NCBI GenBank assembly: GCA_963678315.1
Contig: OY782781.1
Location: forward strand, 2,688,001 to 2,752,000
DNA length: 64,000 nt
Direction of reading: 5' to 3'
Source: Candidatus Cloacimonadales bacterium
Lineage (GTDB): Bacteria; Cloacimonadota; Cloacimonadia; Cloacimonadales; JAFGVF01
Part shown: in pieces, positions 20,127 through 34,604 of the stretch
Layout of the letters: each line of letters begins with the position of its first letter
Numbering within the stretch: the first letter of the stretch is position 1
The notes under the pieces: model-generated
Databases searched by the model: none
Told to the model about the DNA's origin: nothing
What the model saw: only the letters and a program-made list of their open reading frames with translations
Program-made: the position numbers and the translations under genes

Positions 20127-21116
20127 TTAGTACCTTGCTAAAAGGCTACCCCAAGTTAAACCAGCTCCAAATGAAACTAGAAGAATAACATCTCCACGAC
20201 GAATCTTACCTTCTTCTATAGCTTCTGAAACTGCAATTGGAATAGTCGCAGCAGATGTATTAGCATATTTTTGGATATTTACAATTACCTTACTCTTATC
20301 AATTTTCAACTTCTTTCCTAGAGCTTCGATAATTCTCATATTTGCTTGATGAGTCACTAGCCAATCAATGTCATTGATTTTTAAATCGTTTCTTTTTAAC
20401 ACAGTTTCACTTGCAGAGTACATTGATTTTACAGCTAACTTAAACACCTTGTTTCCTTGCATATGAACAGTATGTAAATTTTGTTTTACAGTTTCAATTG
20501 AAGCAGGCATTGCTGAACCACCAGCAGGTTGATAGAGTAAATCATCATGAGCACCGTCAGCTTCAAGGTCCCCATCAATAATACTTGATGAACTGCCCTT
20601 AGCATTTCTAGAAACTATTGAAGCTCCAGCTCCATCACCAAATAAGACACAAGTATTTCTATCATCCCAATTTAAAAATCTAGATAAAAGTTCTACACCT
20701 ATTACCAAAACATGCTCATAAGCACCTGTCTCAACAAACTGTTTGGCTATATTCATTGCATAAATCCAACCAGTACATCCAGCAGATACATCAAATGCAG
20801 GTACGCCTTTCAATCCTAACTTTTTTTGGACTAAACAAGCAGTTGATGGATAAGAGTGGTCTCCAGAAATTGTAGCAACAATAATCAAATTAATATCTTT
20901 GTATTTTAGTCTGGATTTTTCAATAGCATTGATTGCAGCATTATAAGCAAGATCACTTGCATTTTGATCATCTGCAGCAACTCTTCTCTCAGACATTCCT
21001 GTTCGAGTTCTAATCCATTCATCATTGGTATCAACAATTTTCTCAAGATCAAAATTGTTTATAATTTTTTCTGGGACATAGTGCCCAAAGGAACTAATTT
21101 TAGCTTTGTATTGCAT
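20127..21116 (-). CDS. fabH: 3-oxoacyl-ACP synthase III
   Basis: AGCTG, FGDGAGA, HQAN, GAGLTWG. Start moved to ATG 21116. Confidence 0.96.
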   Translation of the reverse strand: MQYKAKISSFGHYVPEKIINNFDLEKIVDTNDEWIRTRTGMSERRVAADDQNASDLAYNAAINAIEKSRLKYKDINLIIVATISGDHSYPSTACLVQKKLGLKGVPAFDVSAGCTGWIYAMNIAKQFVETGAYEHVLVIGVELLSRFLNWDDRNTCVLFGDGAGASIVSRNAKGSSSSIIDGDLEADGAHDDLLYQPAGGSAMPASIETVKQNLHTVHMQGNKVFKLAVKSMYSASETVLKRNDLKINDIDWLVTHQANMRIIEALGKKLKIDKSKVIVNIQKYANTSAATIPIAVSEAIEEGKIRRGDVILLVSFGAGLTWGSLLARY

Positions 21117-22113
21117 TATTCTTCCTTTCGTAAAAATCACTCGCATGTTTTAAGAAATCAGTTTGTGCTAATTTACTAGCAAATTTAACTGCATTCTTAA
21201 TTGCCTTACTATTTGCTCTACCGTGTGAGACTATTGGTAAACCGTCGATCCCCACCAATAAAGCTCCACCATATTCAGAGTGATCTAGTTTTTTCTTTAA
21301 ATGGTTATAAACAGGTAAAGAAAGTAGTGCTCCAATTTTTGCAATCCAATCCTTCTGGAATTGTTCTTTAAGAATATCAAAAATTGCAATTGCGGCACCT
21401 TCAACTGTTTTAAGCATAACATTGCCTGTAAATCCATCACAAACAATAACATCAGTAACGCCTTTTAAAACATCCTTACCTTCAATATTACCTATAAAAT
21501 TTACATGCTCGTCCTGGGTCAAAAGTTTATGTACTTCTTTAGTAAGTTCGTTACCTTTTTTATCCTCTTCTCCTATATTGAGAAGAGATACACGTGGGTT
21601 TTGACTACTATTCATAAATTTGAAATACATACTACCTAGCTCTGCAAACTGAACTAAATGTTCAGGAGAGCAATCAGCATTTGCTCCTACATCTAAAATA
21701 ATCTCATTAGATCTTTGGGTAGGGAATGAGATTGCTATTGCAGGTCTTAAGACGCCTTTAATTCTACCTAACGTAAACAGAGAAGAAGCCATCATAGCTC
21801 CAGAGTTTCCAGCTGAAACCACACTATCAACAATTCCATCTTTATGCAGTTTTAAGGCCTTAACCATGGAAGAATCTTTCTTCTTTCTTGCAGCAACTGC
21901 AGGAACGTCTGTCATTAGAATTCTTTCAGAAGCATGTACGATTTCTATCTTATCTTGGTCATAATAATACTTTGATAACTCTTCTTTCAAAATACTTTCA
22001 TCACCAACAAGATATATCTTGTTACATAAATTCTCTTTAATAGCTAAGACAGCACCCTCCACTTCTGGGAAAGGTGCTTTGTCACTGCCAAAAGCATCTA
22101 TAGCTATGCGCAT
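21100..22113 (-). CDS. plsX: Phosphate acyltransferase
   Basis: IAIDAFGSD, SAGNSGA, LDVGAN, LLNIGEE, CDGFTGN. Confidence 0.96.
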   Translation of the reverse strand: MRIAIDAFGSDKAPFPEVEGAVLAIKENLCNKIYLVGDESILKEELSKYYYDQDKIEIVHASERILMTDVPAVAARKKKDSSMVKALKLHKDGIVDSVVSAGNSGAMMASSLFTLGRIKGVLRPAIAISFPTQRSNEIILDVGANADCSPEHLVQFAELGSMYFKFMNSSQNPRVSLLNIGEEDKKGNELTKEVHKLLTQDEHVNFIGNIEGKDVLKGVTDVIVCDGFTGNVMLKTVEGAAIAIFDILKEQFQKDWIAKIGALLSLPVYNHLKKKLDHSEYGGALLVGIDGLPIVSHGRANSKAIKNAVKFASKLAQTDFLKHASDFYERKNNAIQS

Positions 22114-22114
22114 T

Positions 22115-22291
22115 TTATTTAACTTCTATAACTTCTCTTTTATCGTAATTTCCACATTTTTTACAGATATGATGAGGTCTTGTAGGTTCGCCACAGTTAG
22201 AACATACAGCCCATGTAGGCATTTTAGCCTTATAATGAGTTCTTCTTTTGTCTCTGTTACACTTTGAAGTTTTCCTTCTAGGTACTGCCAT
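22115..22291 (-). CDS. rpmF: 50S ribosomal protein L32 (zinc-ribbon type)
   Basis: Below the ORF-track cutoff. Hand translation MAVPRRKTSKCNRDKRRTHY...CSNCGEPTRPHHICKKCGNY (58 aa); AAGGAG SD. Confidence 0.96.
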   Translation of the reverse strand: MAVPRRKTSKCNRDKRRTHYKAKMPTWAVCSNCGEPTRPHHICKKCGNYDKREVIEVK

Positions 22292-22356
22292 CTTTAGCTC
22301 CTTATTTTATAATCTTATTATTTTTTAATTTTTCACACTATATTCATTGAAAAGTC

Positions 22357-22384
22357 AAACTATTTTTATATAAATTAGTGTCAA
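22357..22384 (-). promoter_or_regulatory. Putative sigma70 promoter for the rpmF-fab operon
   Basis: Minus strand TTGACA-16 nt-TAGTTT, the same hexamers and spacing as the putative rRNA promoter. Confidence 0.45.
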
Positions 22385-22483
22385 GTATTATATTTATCAC
22401 ATAAGTGTATCACTTTTATTTTATGCTGAATAATCAATAAGACATACTATAATCATTAGTTATAAGTATAATTTGTCTAGTTC

Positions 22484-23782
22484 TTATTTCCATTCTTCAA
22501 TAATCACATCTTCGCTACTAATTTTCTCTTTTGAAATGAGATAACAACTATTAATTCTAGCTATGCTTGATTCAATCAAGCCCTTTTTATCACAATGAAG
22601 GTAACCAATTAGTTCATCTTTTTTAACATAATCACCAATTTTCTTAAACAGTTCTGCACCAGAAGTATAGTCCAACTTATCAGTTAATATTTTTCTTCCA
22701 GCACCTATGTTGACCATAGCATATCCAATCCCTTTGGAGTCAATCTCTTTTATATATCCACTCTTGTCACTATGAATTGGAGTGATAATCTCACTATGCG
22801 GTAGGAGATCGTAGTTATTGATAACATCAGGATTTCCACCCTGTTGAGAAATAAACTTTTTAAAATAGTCTAAAGCTTTGCCAGAATTGATTGAATCTTC
22901 AACTAATTTTAAGGCTGTAGCCTCATCTACATCCTTACTCATAGTAACCATATTTACTGCTAAAGCTTTAGTTATTTTATCTATATCGGGAATATCTTTA
23001 CCTTTTAAGTATTCAATAGTTTCTTTAATTTCAATTCCATTACCAATCGCGTAACCTAATGGAGAATTCATATTTGTGAATGTAATAGCTACTTTTTGTC
23101 CAAAAGCCTCACCTGTTTTCTTAAGGTATTCTGCAAGAATTTTTGCCCTCTCAATATTAGGCATAAAAGCTCCAGAACCAACTTTCAAATCTATTGCTAG
23201 ATTTTGAGCCCCTTCAGCTATCTTTTTGCTCATAATACTAGCTGTAATTAAAGGGTAGCTTTCTACTGTTCCTGTCACATCACGTAAAGCATAAATCATT
23301 TTATCAGCAGGAACTATTTCTTTACTTTGCTGGATAATTGATAAATTCGTGTCCAAAACCATTTTTTTGAAATCTTCCATCGAGTAATCTGTTCTAAATC
23401 CTGGAATTGATTCTAACTTGTCAAGTGTCCCACCTGTATGACCAAGCCCTCTCCCCGAAATCATTGGAATCTTAATTCCTAAAGAAGCTACAATAGGAGC
23501 TAGCATGAGAGTAATTTTATCACCTACTCCACCAGTAGAATGTTTATCTACTGTATGAAGTTCTTTATCAAAAGTTGCTCGTTCTCCACTATTAATATAT
23601 ACATCTGTTAATGAAACAATTTCATCTATGTTCATACTTTTAAAAAATATTGCCATCAATAAAGATGAAAATTGATAATCAGGAACTTGACCATCAATAT
23701 AACCTTGAACCAAAAACTTCATTTCTTGCTTAGTAAGTGTTCCACCATCTCTTTTTTTTATTATTAATTCAACAGGGTTCAT
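22484..23782 (-). CDS. pdp: Pyrimidine-nucleoside/thymidine phosphorylase
   Basis: DKHSTGGVGDK, SGRGLGHTGGTLDKLE, SIMSKK. Start at ATG 23782. Confidence 0.93.
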   Translation of the reverse strand: MNPVELIIKKRDGGTLTKQEMKFLVQGYIDGQVPDYQFSSLLMAIFFKSMNIDEIVSLTDVYINSGERATFDKELHTVDKHSTGGVGDKITLMLAPIVASLGIKIPMISGRGLGHTGGTLDKLESIPGFRTDYSMEDFKKMVLDTNLSIIQQSKEIVPADKMIYALRDVTGTVESYPLITASIMSKKIAEGAQNLAIDLKVGSGAFMPNIERAKILAEYLKKTGEAFGQKVAITFTNMNSPLGYAIGNGIEIKETIEYLKGKDIPDIDKITKALAVNMVTMSKDVDEATALKLVEDSINSGKALDYFKKFISQQGGNPDVINNYDLLPHSEIITPIHSDKSGYIKEIDSKGIGYAMVNIGAGRKILTDKLDYTSGAELFKKIGDYVKKDELIGYLHCDKKGLIESSIARINSCYLISKEKISSEDVIIEEWK

Positions 23783-23783
23783 T

Positions 23784-24518
23784 TTAATCTCCAATATATG
23801 TATCTAGAAAATCATTAACTAAGATATTATATTCTTGTTTAACACTTTCTATGAATAATTGTTCATCTTTAATTCTAAAAATTCTACTCATTGCTACTAT
23901 ATTAGCTCTCAGCATTTTGGTTATAACTTCTCTGTTAAAATCTTTATTACGAATTAGGCGGAAAAACCTTGCATTAAGTCCATTAATCAAACTTACTAAA
24001 ATGTCTATCGTTTCATCTATATAAGTTACATCAAATTCTCCCGACTCATTACCTCTTCTTATAATCAAGGAAAGTTCTTCTCTACCTTCCATCATAAATT
24101 TATCACCAAGTTTGTTAGTAATATAATCCATTGATTTAATAGGAAGCTGTGCTAGAATAGTTATGAATTTTTTGTTATATATTTTGCTTTTGGTAAAGCT
24201 AAATATCATCCAATGTAATATTTCTGTGGCTTTAAGAGTTTCATCATTTACAAGTTCAAGTATCTTACTCTTTTGAATAAGTTTATGATCTTCTATAAGT
24301 TTTGTTATATGTAGTTCTCTATCTTCTAGCACTTCAGTGTAAAATTTCTCAGAGATATTATATCTTTCTAAAATTACCTTTTTCTCTATTCCATTAGGAT
24401 TAACCAAAATATCAAAATACATATTCATTTTTTTGTTATAATCATTTATATCTATTTTACTCATTACATCTTCCTCAAACTTTTCAATTAATGTTTTAGT
24501 TATTTCTTTAGCTAACAT
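23784..24518 (-). CDS. Hypothetical protein, weakly TetR-like
   Basis: IIRRGNESGEF resembles the TetR C-terminal G-x3-GEF motif; the HTH region looks degenerate. Confidence 0.5.
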   Translation of the reverse strand: MLAKEITKTLIEKFEEDVMSKIDINDYNKKMNMYFDILVNPNGIEKKVILERYNISEKFYTEVLEDRELHITKLIEDHKLIQKSKILELVNDETLKATEILHWMIFSFTKSKIYNKKFITILAQLPIKSMDYITNKLGDKFMMEGREELSLIIRRGNESGEFDVTYIDETIDILVSLINGLNARFFRLIRNKDFNREVITKMLRANIVAMSRIFRIKDEQLFIESVKQEYNILVNDFLDTYIGD

Positions 24519-24616
24519 AGGCTAAATAACTATCAAGTACTATTCAATTTTTCAAATTTTACTTGTCAAGAAAAGTAAAGAGTTATTTTGTGAATAAAAA
24601 CTTTCGAGAGGTTATA

Positions 24617-25384
24617 ATGAGAAAGATAATAGTTGCTGGTAATTGGAAGATGAACCATACCTATAGTGAAGCAACCACTTTTGTAAAGAGTTTACTAGCT
24701 AATGTGAAGAATGTTGATGATTCTAAAGTAGAAATGTTGATTGCACCAACATCAATATACTTAACAGAGCTACTTGCTTTATCGAAAGACTCTAATCTTT
24801 TGATTGGATCTCAAGATGTTTCATCACATAATAATGGTGCTTTCACAGGTGAAATTTCTGCTGAAATGTTGAAATCTATTTCTGTTGATTTCTCCATTAT
24901 TGGACACTCAGAAAGAAGAAGTTATCATAATGAATCCAATGAAATGATTAATACTAAACTTAAAAAACTAATTGAACAAGGAATAAGACCTATAGTATGT
25001 ATTGGAGAAACTTTAGAACAAAGAGAAGCCAATGTTACTAAGCAAGTTATTATAGAACAGCTTAAGGGATGTTTTCTAGATATCGATCTTAGTAATAATC
25101 AAGCGATTGTGATTGCTTATGAACCTGTATGGGCTATTGGAACTGGTAAAACTGCTAGTCCAGAACAAGCAGAAGAAGTTCACTCGATTATTAGGAATTG
25201 GATAAAAGACAACTATTCTATGGAAACTGCTGAACAAATTCATATTTTGTATGGAGGTAGTGTTAAACCAGCTAATATTGCTGAACTTTTAGCCCAACCT
25301 AATATTGATGGTGGACTAATTGGGGGTGCATCTTTAAAAGTTGATTCTTATAAAGAGATGGTTAATATCGCTGAAAAGCTTTAA
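24617..25384 (+). CDS. tpiA: Triosephosphate isomerase
   Basis: AGNWKMN, GHSERR, AYEPVWAIGTG, YGGSV. Start at ATG 24617. Confidence 0.98.
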   Translation: MRKIIVAGNWKMNHTYSEATTFVKSLLANVKNVDDSKVEMLIAPTSIYLTELLALSKDSNLLIGSQDVSSHNNGAFTGEISAEMLKSISVDFSIIGHSERRSYHNESNEMINTKLKKLIEQGIRPIVCIGETLEQREANVTKQVIIEQLKGCFLDIDLSNNQAIVIAYEPVWAIGTGKTASPEQAEEVHSIIRNWIKDNYSMETAEQIHILYGGSVKPANIAELLAQPNIDGGLIGGASLKVDSYKEMVNIAEKL

Positions 25385-25417
25385 AAATATAAAGATTATT
25401 AAAATAAGGGAAATATA

Positions 25418-26677
25418 ATGTTAGATTTAAAACTAATTAGAGAAAATAGTGCTTTGGTAAAACAAGCAATAGCCAATAAAAATGAGAAAGCAAATATAGA
25501 TAATATCCTTGAACTTGATGAAACTAGACGTGTTGCTCAATTTAACTTCGACCAAATGAAAGCTGAACAGAATAAAGTTTCAAAAGAAATTGGTATGAGA
25601 AAGAAAAATAAAGAAGATGCTTCAGACCTTCTAGCTAAAATGCCTGAAGTTGCAGCTAAAATAAAAGAGCTTAAGCAAACTTTATCTGAAGCAGATGAAG
25701 CTCTCAATGAAGCAATTTTATGGGTTCCAAATCTTCCTCACGAATCTGTCCCAGTTGGTAAAAGTGAAGATGATAACCAAATAATTCGCCAATGGGGAGA
25801 AAAACCTAGTTTTGACTTCCAACCTCAAGATCACGTTGTTATAGCTGAAAAGAATAATCTCTTAGACCTAGAACGTGGTGCAAAACTATCTGGTAGTGGT
25901 TTTCCTGTTTATACAGCTACTGGCGCTATGCTTGAAAGAGCTTTAATTAATTTCATGCTTGACTTACATATTACTAAACATGGCTATCGAGAAATGATGG
26001 TTCCAACAATAGTTAATCCTTCAGCTATGAAAGGTACTGGCCAAATTCCTAAACTTAAGGAAGATATGTACCACATTGAAGAAGAAGATATGTACCTTAT
26101 CCCAACTGGTGAAGTGCCATTAACAAACTTCTATGCCGGTGAAATTCTCAAAAATAAAGATTTACCTCAAAAATTCGTAGGATTTACAAACTGTTTCAGA
26201 CGTGAAGCCGGTTCTTATGGAAAAGACACTAGGGGATTACAAAGATTACATCAGTTTAATAAAGTTGAAATGGTTAGATTTGTTAAACCTCAAGATTCTT
26301 GGAACATTTTAGAAGAAATGGTTCAAGATGCTGAAGATGTTCTTCAAGCTCTTGGACTACATTATCGTGTATTAAAGCTCTGTACTGGAGATACTAGCTT
26401 CGCATCAGCAATGACCTATGACTTAGAAGTTTGGGCTCCTGGAGCTGACAAATATCTAGAGGTCTCTTCAGTATCAAATTTTGTTGATTTCCAAGCAAGA
26501 AGAGCAAATATTAGATTCAGAAATGATGGAGGTAAAGTTGAGTTTTTACATACTCTAAACGGTTCAGGTTTGGCTACTCCTAGAACAATCATTGCAATTC
26601 TTGAAAATTACCAAAATGCAGATGGAACTTTTAATATTCCTGAAGTTCTAAAAAAATACATACCTACTTTAAATTAA
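25418..26677 (+). CDS. serS: Serine--tRNA ligase
   Basis: MLDLKLIREN, FRREAG, GLQRLHQFNKVE, HTLNGSGLA. Confidence 0.98.
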   Translation: MLDLKLIRENSALVKQAIANKNEKANIDNILELDETRRVAQFNFDQMKAEQNKVSKEIGMRKKNKEDASDLLAKMPEVAAKIKELKQTLSEADEALNEAILWVPNLPHESVPVGKSEDDNQIIRQWGEKPSFDFQPQDHVVIAEKNNLLDLERGAKLSGSGFPVYTATGAMLERALINFMLDLHITKHGYREMMVPTIVNPSAMKGTGQIPKLKEDMYHIEEEDMYLIPTGEVPLTNFYAGEILKNKDLPQKFVGFTNCFRREAGSYGKDTRGLQRLHQFNKVEMVRFVKPQDSWNILEEMVQDAEDVLQALGLHYRVLKLCTGDTSFASAMTYDLEVWAPGADKYLEVSSVSNFVDFQARRANIRFRNDGGKVEFLHTLNGSGLATPRTIIAILENYQNADGTFNIPEVLKKYIPTLN

Positions 26678-26696
26678 ACTATTATTCATATAGAAC

Positions 26697-26724
26697 AAGA
26701 GGGTTATCATAACCCTCTTTTTTT
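26697..26724 (+). terminator. Intrinsic terminator after serS
   Basis: AAGAGGGTTA-TCA-TAACCCTCTT followed by a T-run. Confidence 0.85.
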
Positions 26725-26783
26725 ATTTTCTGAAATTGTATGCATGTGTTTTTAACCTAGAAATCATTCGTATCCATTATTGT

Positions 26784-27101
26784 GGTATCTTCAGATTCTC
26801 TCTACCCTGAAAGGGTTAATCTTCCCAAAGCCCAGTACTTCTGTGCTGGCTACAGGCTTTCTCCAGTCTATTATCTTCTAGTGTAAGCTAAGTGCTTGCC
26901 ATCCATCTTCTGTAGAGACATACGGTCGTGTGTATCATGAAATACATGCAAAATGTAAGAATAAAAATGTTAAGATAATCGATGACAATTAACATTGCCA
27001 TCAAGACGAATGTCCGTTCGTCTCTACATTAAGGTATCATCAGATTGTTTCTCTACCCTGAAAGGGTTAATCTTCACAAAGCCCAGTACTTCAGTGCTGG
27101 G
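26784..27101. repeat. Mosaic REP-like cluster 1
   Basis: Near-identical ~67 bp direct repeats at 26784-26849 and 27033-27100 (CCCTGAAAGGG and GCCCAGTACTTC.GTGCTGG hairpins), enclosing two GTAG-footed palindromes in inverted orientation (26911-26936, 27003-27028). Confidence 0.8.
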
Positions 27102-27251
27102 TAATAATAAAGCCACAGCCCCCTATCATACGCAAAAAAAGGCAAGGGTCAAAGAGCTTAATATTATTTATGAGCTAAAGCTCATGAAGTAGATTACATG
27201 ATTTATGCTCTTTGCCTTGTTTTTACTTACGTAAAAAAGGCAAGGGTCAAA

Positions 27252-27367
<116 letters not shown>

Positions 27368-27494
27368 TTTGACCCTTGCCAAAAATGATTTATATTAGTG
27401 TTTTTTACTTCATTTATTAATATGTAAGTTCGTAAGCAAGATGCTTACAATCCTTATTCATAATAAATAAAGCTATAGAGTGTATAAAATTTAA

Positions 27495-30475
<2,981 letters not shown>

Positions 30476-30579
30476 AAAAATCTTACACACTCTATATTAC
30501 ACTCTATTTACTGTTTTAAAAATCTATCTTATTTCATGAAAGAATGAAAGTGAACTCGTCGAGAAACATTTCTCCTTTA

Positions 30580-32115
<1,536 letters not shown>

Positions 32116-32185
32116 TAATAAAAATCGTTTTTTTCTGTCTCTCGCAAGTTCACATTCATTCTCTCACTCTATAAAAACTTTTAAT

Positions 32186-32202
32186 TTAACTTTCAAAGAT
32201 CA
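32186..32202 (-). promoter_or_regulatory. boxA-like antitermination element in the rrn leader
   Basis: Minus strand TGATCTTTGAAAG between the promoter and the 16S processing stem. Confidence 0.6.
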
Positions 32203-32254
32203 TTACCTCTGCTCTGTCGCTTCGTTTCCTTAGCTCCCGTGCATCGGTTGTGTT

Positions 32255-32282
32255 AAACTATAAGAACCTGCTTTCTTGTCAA
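32255..32282 (-). promoter_or_regulatory. Putative rRNA operon promoter
   Basis: TTGACA-16 nt-TAGTTT with an A-rich UP-like tract upstream. Confidence 0.65.
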
Positions 32283-32647
32283 TACTTATTTTAATCTTTT
32301 TATGTTTTTGTTTTATCAATACAGACATTCCTCTTTATCATACTTCTGTTAAATAGGCAGTTAAAGTCTTTAATATTTTTATGTATTATTTTGATTATTA
32401 ATAAAAATTGCTTTAAAATCGAGATTATATTAATAAATTCAACCTGTAAGTTTCAGAAAAACTTCTATTGTGAGGATGAATATATTTGGTTAGAGTAAGT
32501 ATGTATTTTAGCCCACGATTGAAATTTTGGCCTCTAAAGAAAGATGTCCTTTCAGGACAATACAAGATCTTTGTGTAAGCATGAAGTTCCTTCAACCTAT
32601 CGGTGGATGCTTACACTCCCTTTTCTGAGACGTTCTTCCGAACGTCT

Positions 32648-34318
32648 CAGACTGCTGACAAAGTCATGTAATCAATGTGTGATTTTCGTATGTTTTTTCT
32701 GTACTAAACAACCCAGAAAAAGCACAAATAGACTTGACAATATTACTCCTTATTATATGATAGGCATATAATTAGAGGTGATAAAATGATTAAAGAAGAA
32801 TATAGAAAACAATACGAATTCGAGCTTGTAAATTTAGAAGAACAGGTTCCAGACGATCATATCCTTAGGTTTTTTGATGAATATATAGATTTCTCTTTCG
32901 TTTATGATATAATGAAAGACACATACAATGAGACTTTTGGTAGACCTGCTATTAATCCAATAACTCTTTTTAAAATAATATTAATAGGTTATCTCTTTGG
33001 TATTAAATCAGAACGTCAAATATTTAAAGAAATACAAGTTAATCTTGCATATAGATGGTTTTTAGGGTTCGGATTTAATGATAAAATTCCTCACCATTCA
33101 ATTATAAGTAAAACTCGTAAAAGACGATTTGCTAATAATGATTTATTTCAAGAGATTTTTGATAATATTGTTAAGTTAGGCATTGAAAATGGTTTAGTTA
33201 ATGGGAAAATTTTATATACAGACTCAACCCATATAAAAGCTAATGCGAATAAGAATAAGTTCATAAAAATTGTAGTAAAAAGAACTACAAAAGAATATAT
33301 TAAAGATTTGGATGAAGCAGTCGCAGAAGACAGAAAAAAACACAATATAAAACCACTTCCTCCTAAGGAACCACAGGAAGAAACCAAGACAATTAAATCC
33401 AGCACAACAGATCCAGACAGTGGTTTTATGGCACGAGACCGCAAACCACAAGGCTTCTTTTATTTAGACCATAGGACAACGGATCCTAAATGTAATTTTA
33501 TAACAGATGTATTTATAACACCTGGGAATATAAATGATGCAGTGGTATATAAATCTCGTCTTCTTCGGCAGATTGAAAGGTTTAATTTTAATGTTATAGC
33601 TGTAGGCTTAGATGCTGGGTATAATACTGTAGATAATTGTCGTTTTTTATGTGAAAAAGGAATAATGGGGGTAATAGGGTACAAAAGAGGTAGCCATAAA
33701 AAAGGATTTTTCAGCAAGAATAAATTCAAATTTGACTCAGTCAACGACCAATATATTTGTCCAAATAACAAATTATTACATTACAAAACAACAAGAAGAG
33801 AGGGCTACAAAGAATACGTATCAAATGCTGAAGACTGTAAAAACTGTCCTCATTTATCTAAATGTACTTCAAATAAAACAAGGAGGAAAGTACTAAATCG
33901 GCATGTCTGGGAAAAATATAAAGACAAGATAAATATGAATCGTTTAACATTCTGTGGTAAAGAGATTTATAAGCGACGAAAAGAGACTATTGAGAGGAGT
34001 TTTGCTAATGCAAAACAAAATCATGGATATCGATATGCACGATATAGAGGACTTGAAAAAGTTAAAGAACAAGCTCTAATGACAGCTTGTACTCAAAATT
34101 TAGTAAAATTAGTTAAATACTTTAAGAGAATCAATAAAAAGCTAAAAAAGGGTTCTATTTTAACAAAAATACTCAAATTTTTTGATTATTTTGGGTATAT
34201 TGTCTCCCATAGTGAACTTATGCAACAATATCATCACCAATACTAAAAAATCTATCAACTATCAGATGAAAACTAAAATTGGCTGTAAACACCTTTTTTC
34301 TACTTTGTCAGCAGTCTG
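32648..34318 (+). mobile_element. IS1182-family insertion sequence (~1.67 kb)
   Basis: Perfect 17 bp TIRs CAGACTGCTGACAAAGT / ACTTTGTCAGCAGTCTG; flanking direct repeat AGACGTTCTTCCGAACGTCT (32628-32647, 34319-34338); single transposase gene. Confidence 0.92.
32786..34246 (+). CDS. IS1182-family DDE transposase
   Basis: GRPAINP...SER...NLAYRWFLG N-terminus; TDSTHIKANA; TDPDSG; DAGY; YKRRKETIERSFANAK. Confidence 0.93.
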   Translation: MIKEEYRKQYEFELVNLEEQVPDDHILRFFDEYIDFSFVYDIMKDTYNETFGRPAINPITLFKIILIGYLFGIKSERQIFKEIQVNLAYRWFLGFGFNDKIPHHSIISKTRKRRFANNDLFQEIFDNIVKLGIENGLVNGKILYTDSTHIKANANKNKFIKIVVKRTTKEYIKDLDEAVAEDRKKHNIKPLPPKEPQEETKTIKSSTTDPDSGFMARDRKPQGFFYLDHRTTDPKCNFITDVFITPGNINDAVVYKSRLLRQIERFNFNVIAVGLDAGYNTVDNCRFLCEKGIMGVIGYKRGSHKKGFFSKNKFKFDSVNDQYICPNNKLLHYKTTRREGYKEYVSNAEDCKNCPHLSKCTSNKTRRKVLNRHVWEKYKDKINMNRLTFCGKEIYKRRKETIERSFANAKQNHGYRYARYRGLEKVKEQALMTACTQNLVKLVKYFKRINKKLKKGSILTKILKFFDYFGYIVSHSELMQQYHHQY

Positions 34319-34560
34319 AGACGTTCTTCCGAACGTCTCTACAAATTCATCACTCTCTCCTAACTCCTCACTGCTAACTTCTCTTTGCCAGCTATCCGGC
34401 AGCAGCCGGACTAAAGGCAAAGCGTTCCCAGATATTTTCATTATTCAATTTTCCCTGTTAATTTTTCATTATACCGTCCCTTTGGGACTCAATTCATTTA
34501 TGTCATTGTACATGGGGTACAAGACCCCATGCTAATACATGTCGTCCCTTCGGGACTAAA
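34319..34560. repeat. Mosaic REP-like cluster 2 (continues left of the IS at ~32510-32647)
   Basis: GTAG-footed palindrome 34319-34342; 51 bp unit 34381-34431 identical to 55309-55359; GTCCC-TT(T/C)-GGGAC hairpins at 34475 and 34543 flanking CATGGGGT..ACCCCATG. Confidence 0.8.
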
Positions 34561-34604
34561 TAGTAAATAAGAGGACGCTAGTTAATACATTCATTAAGTA
34601 AAAA

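Noticed and set aside
26741..26951. Possible MITE ends TGCATGTGTTT / AAATACATGCA
   Set aside because: Only 11 bp with a mismatch, and no target duplication evident.
26784..27101. Possible CRISPR array from the repeated palindromes (also at 34.4 and 55.3 kb)
   Set aside because: Only 2-3 dispersed copies per unit, no regular repeat-spacer period, and no cas genes.
26995..27192. ORFs over repeat regions (26995-27192, 32544-32771, 54890-55138)
   Set aside because: They run through palindromic repeats or an IS end and lack protein-like features.
30476..30579. tRNA genes in the rRNA spacer
   Set aside because: No cloverleaf or TTCGA T-loop; the spacer is largely taken up by processing stems.
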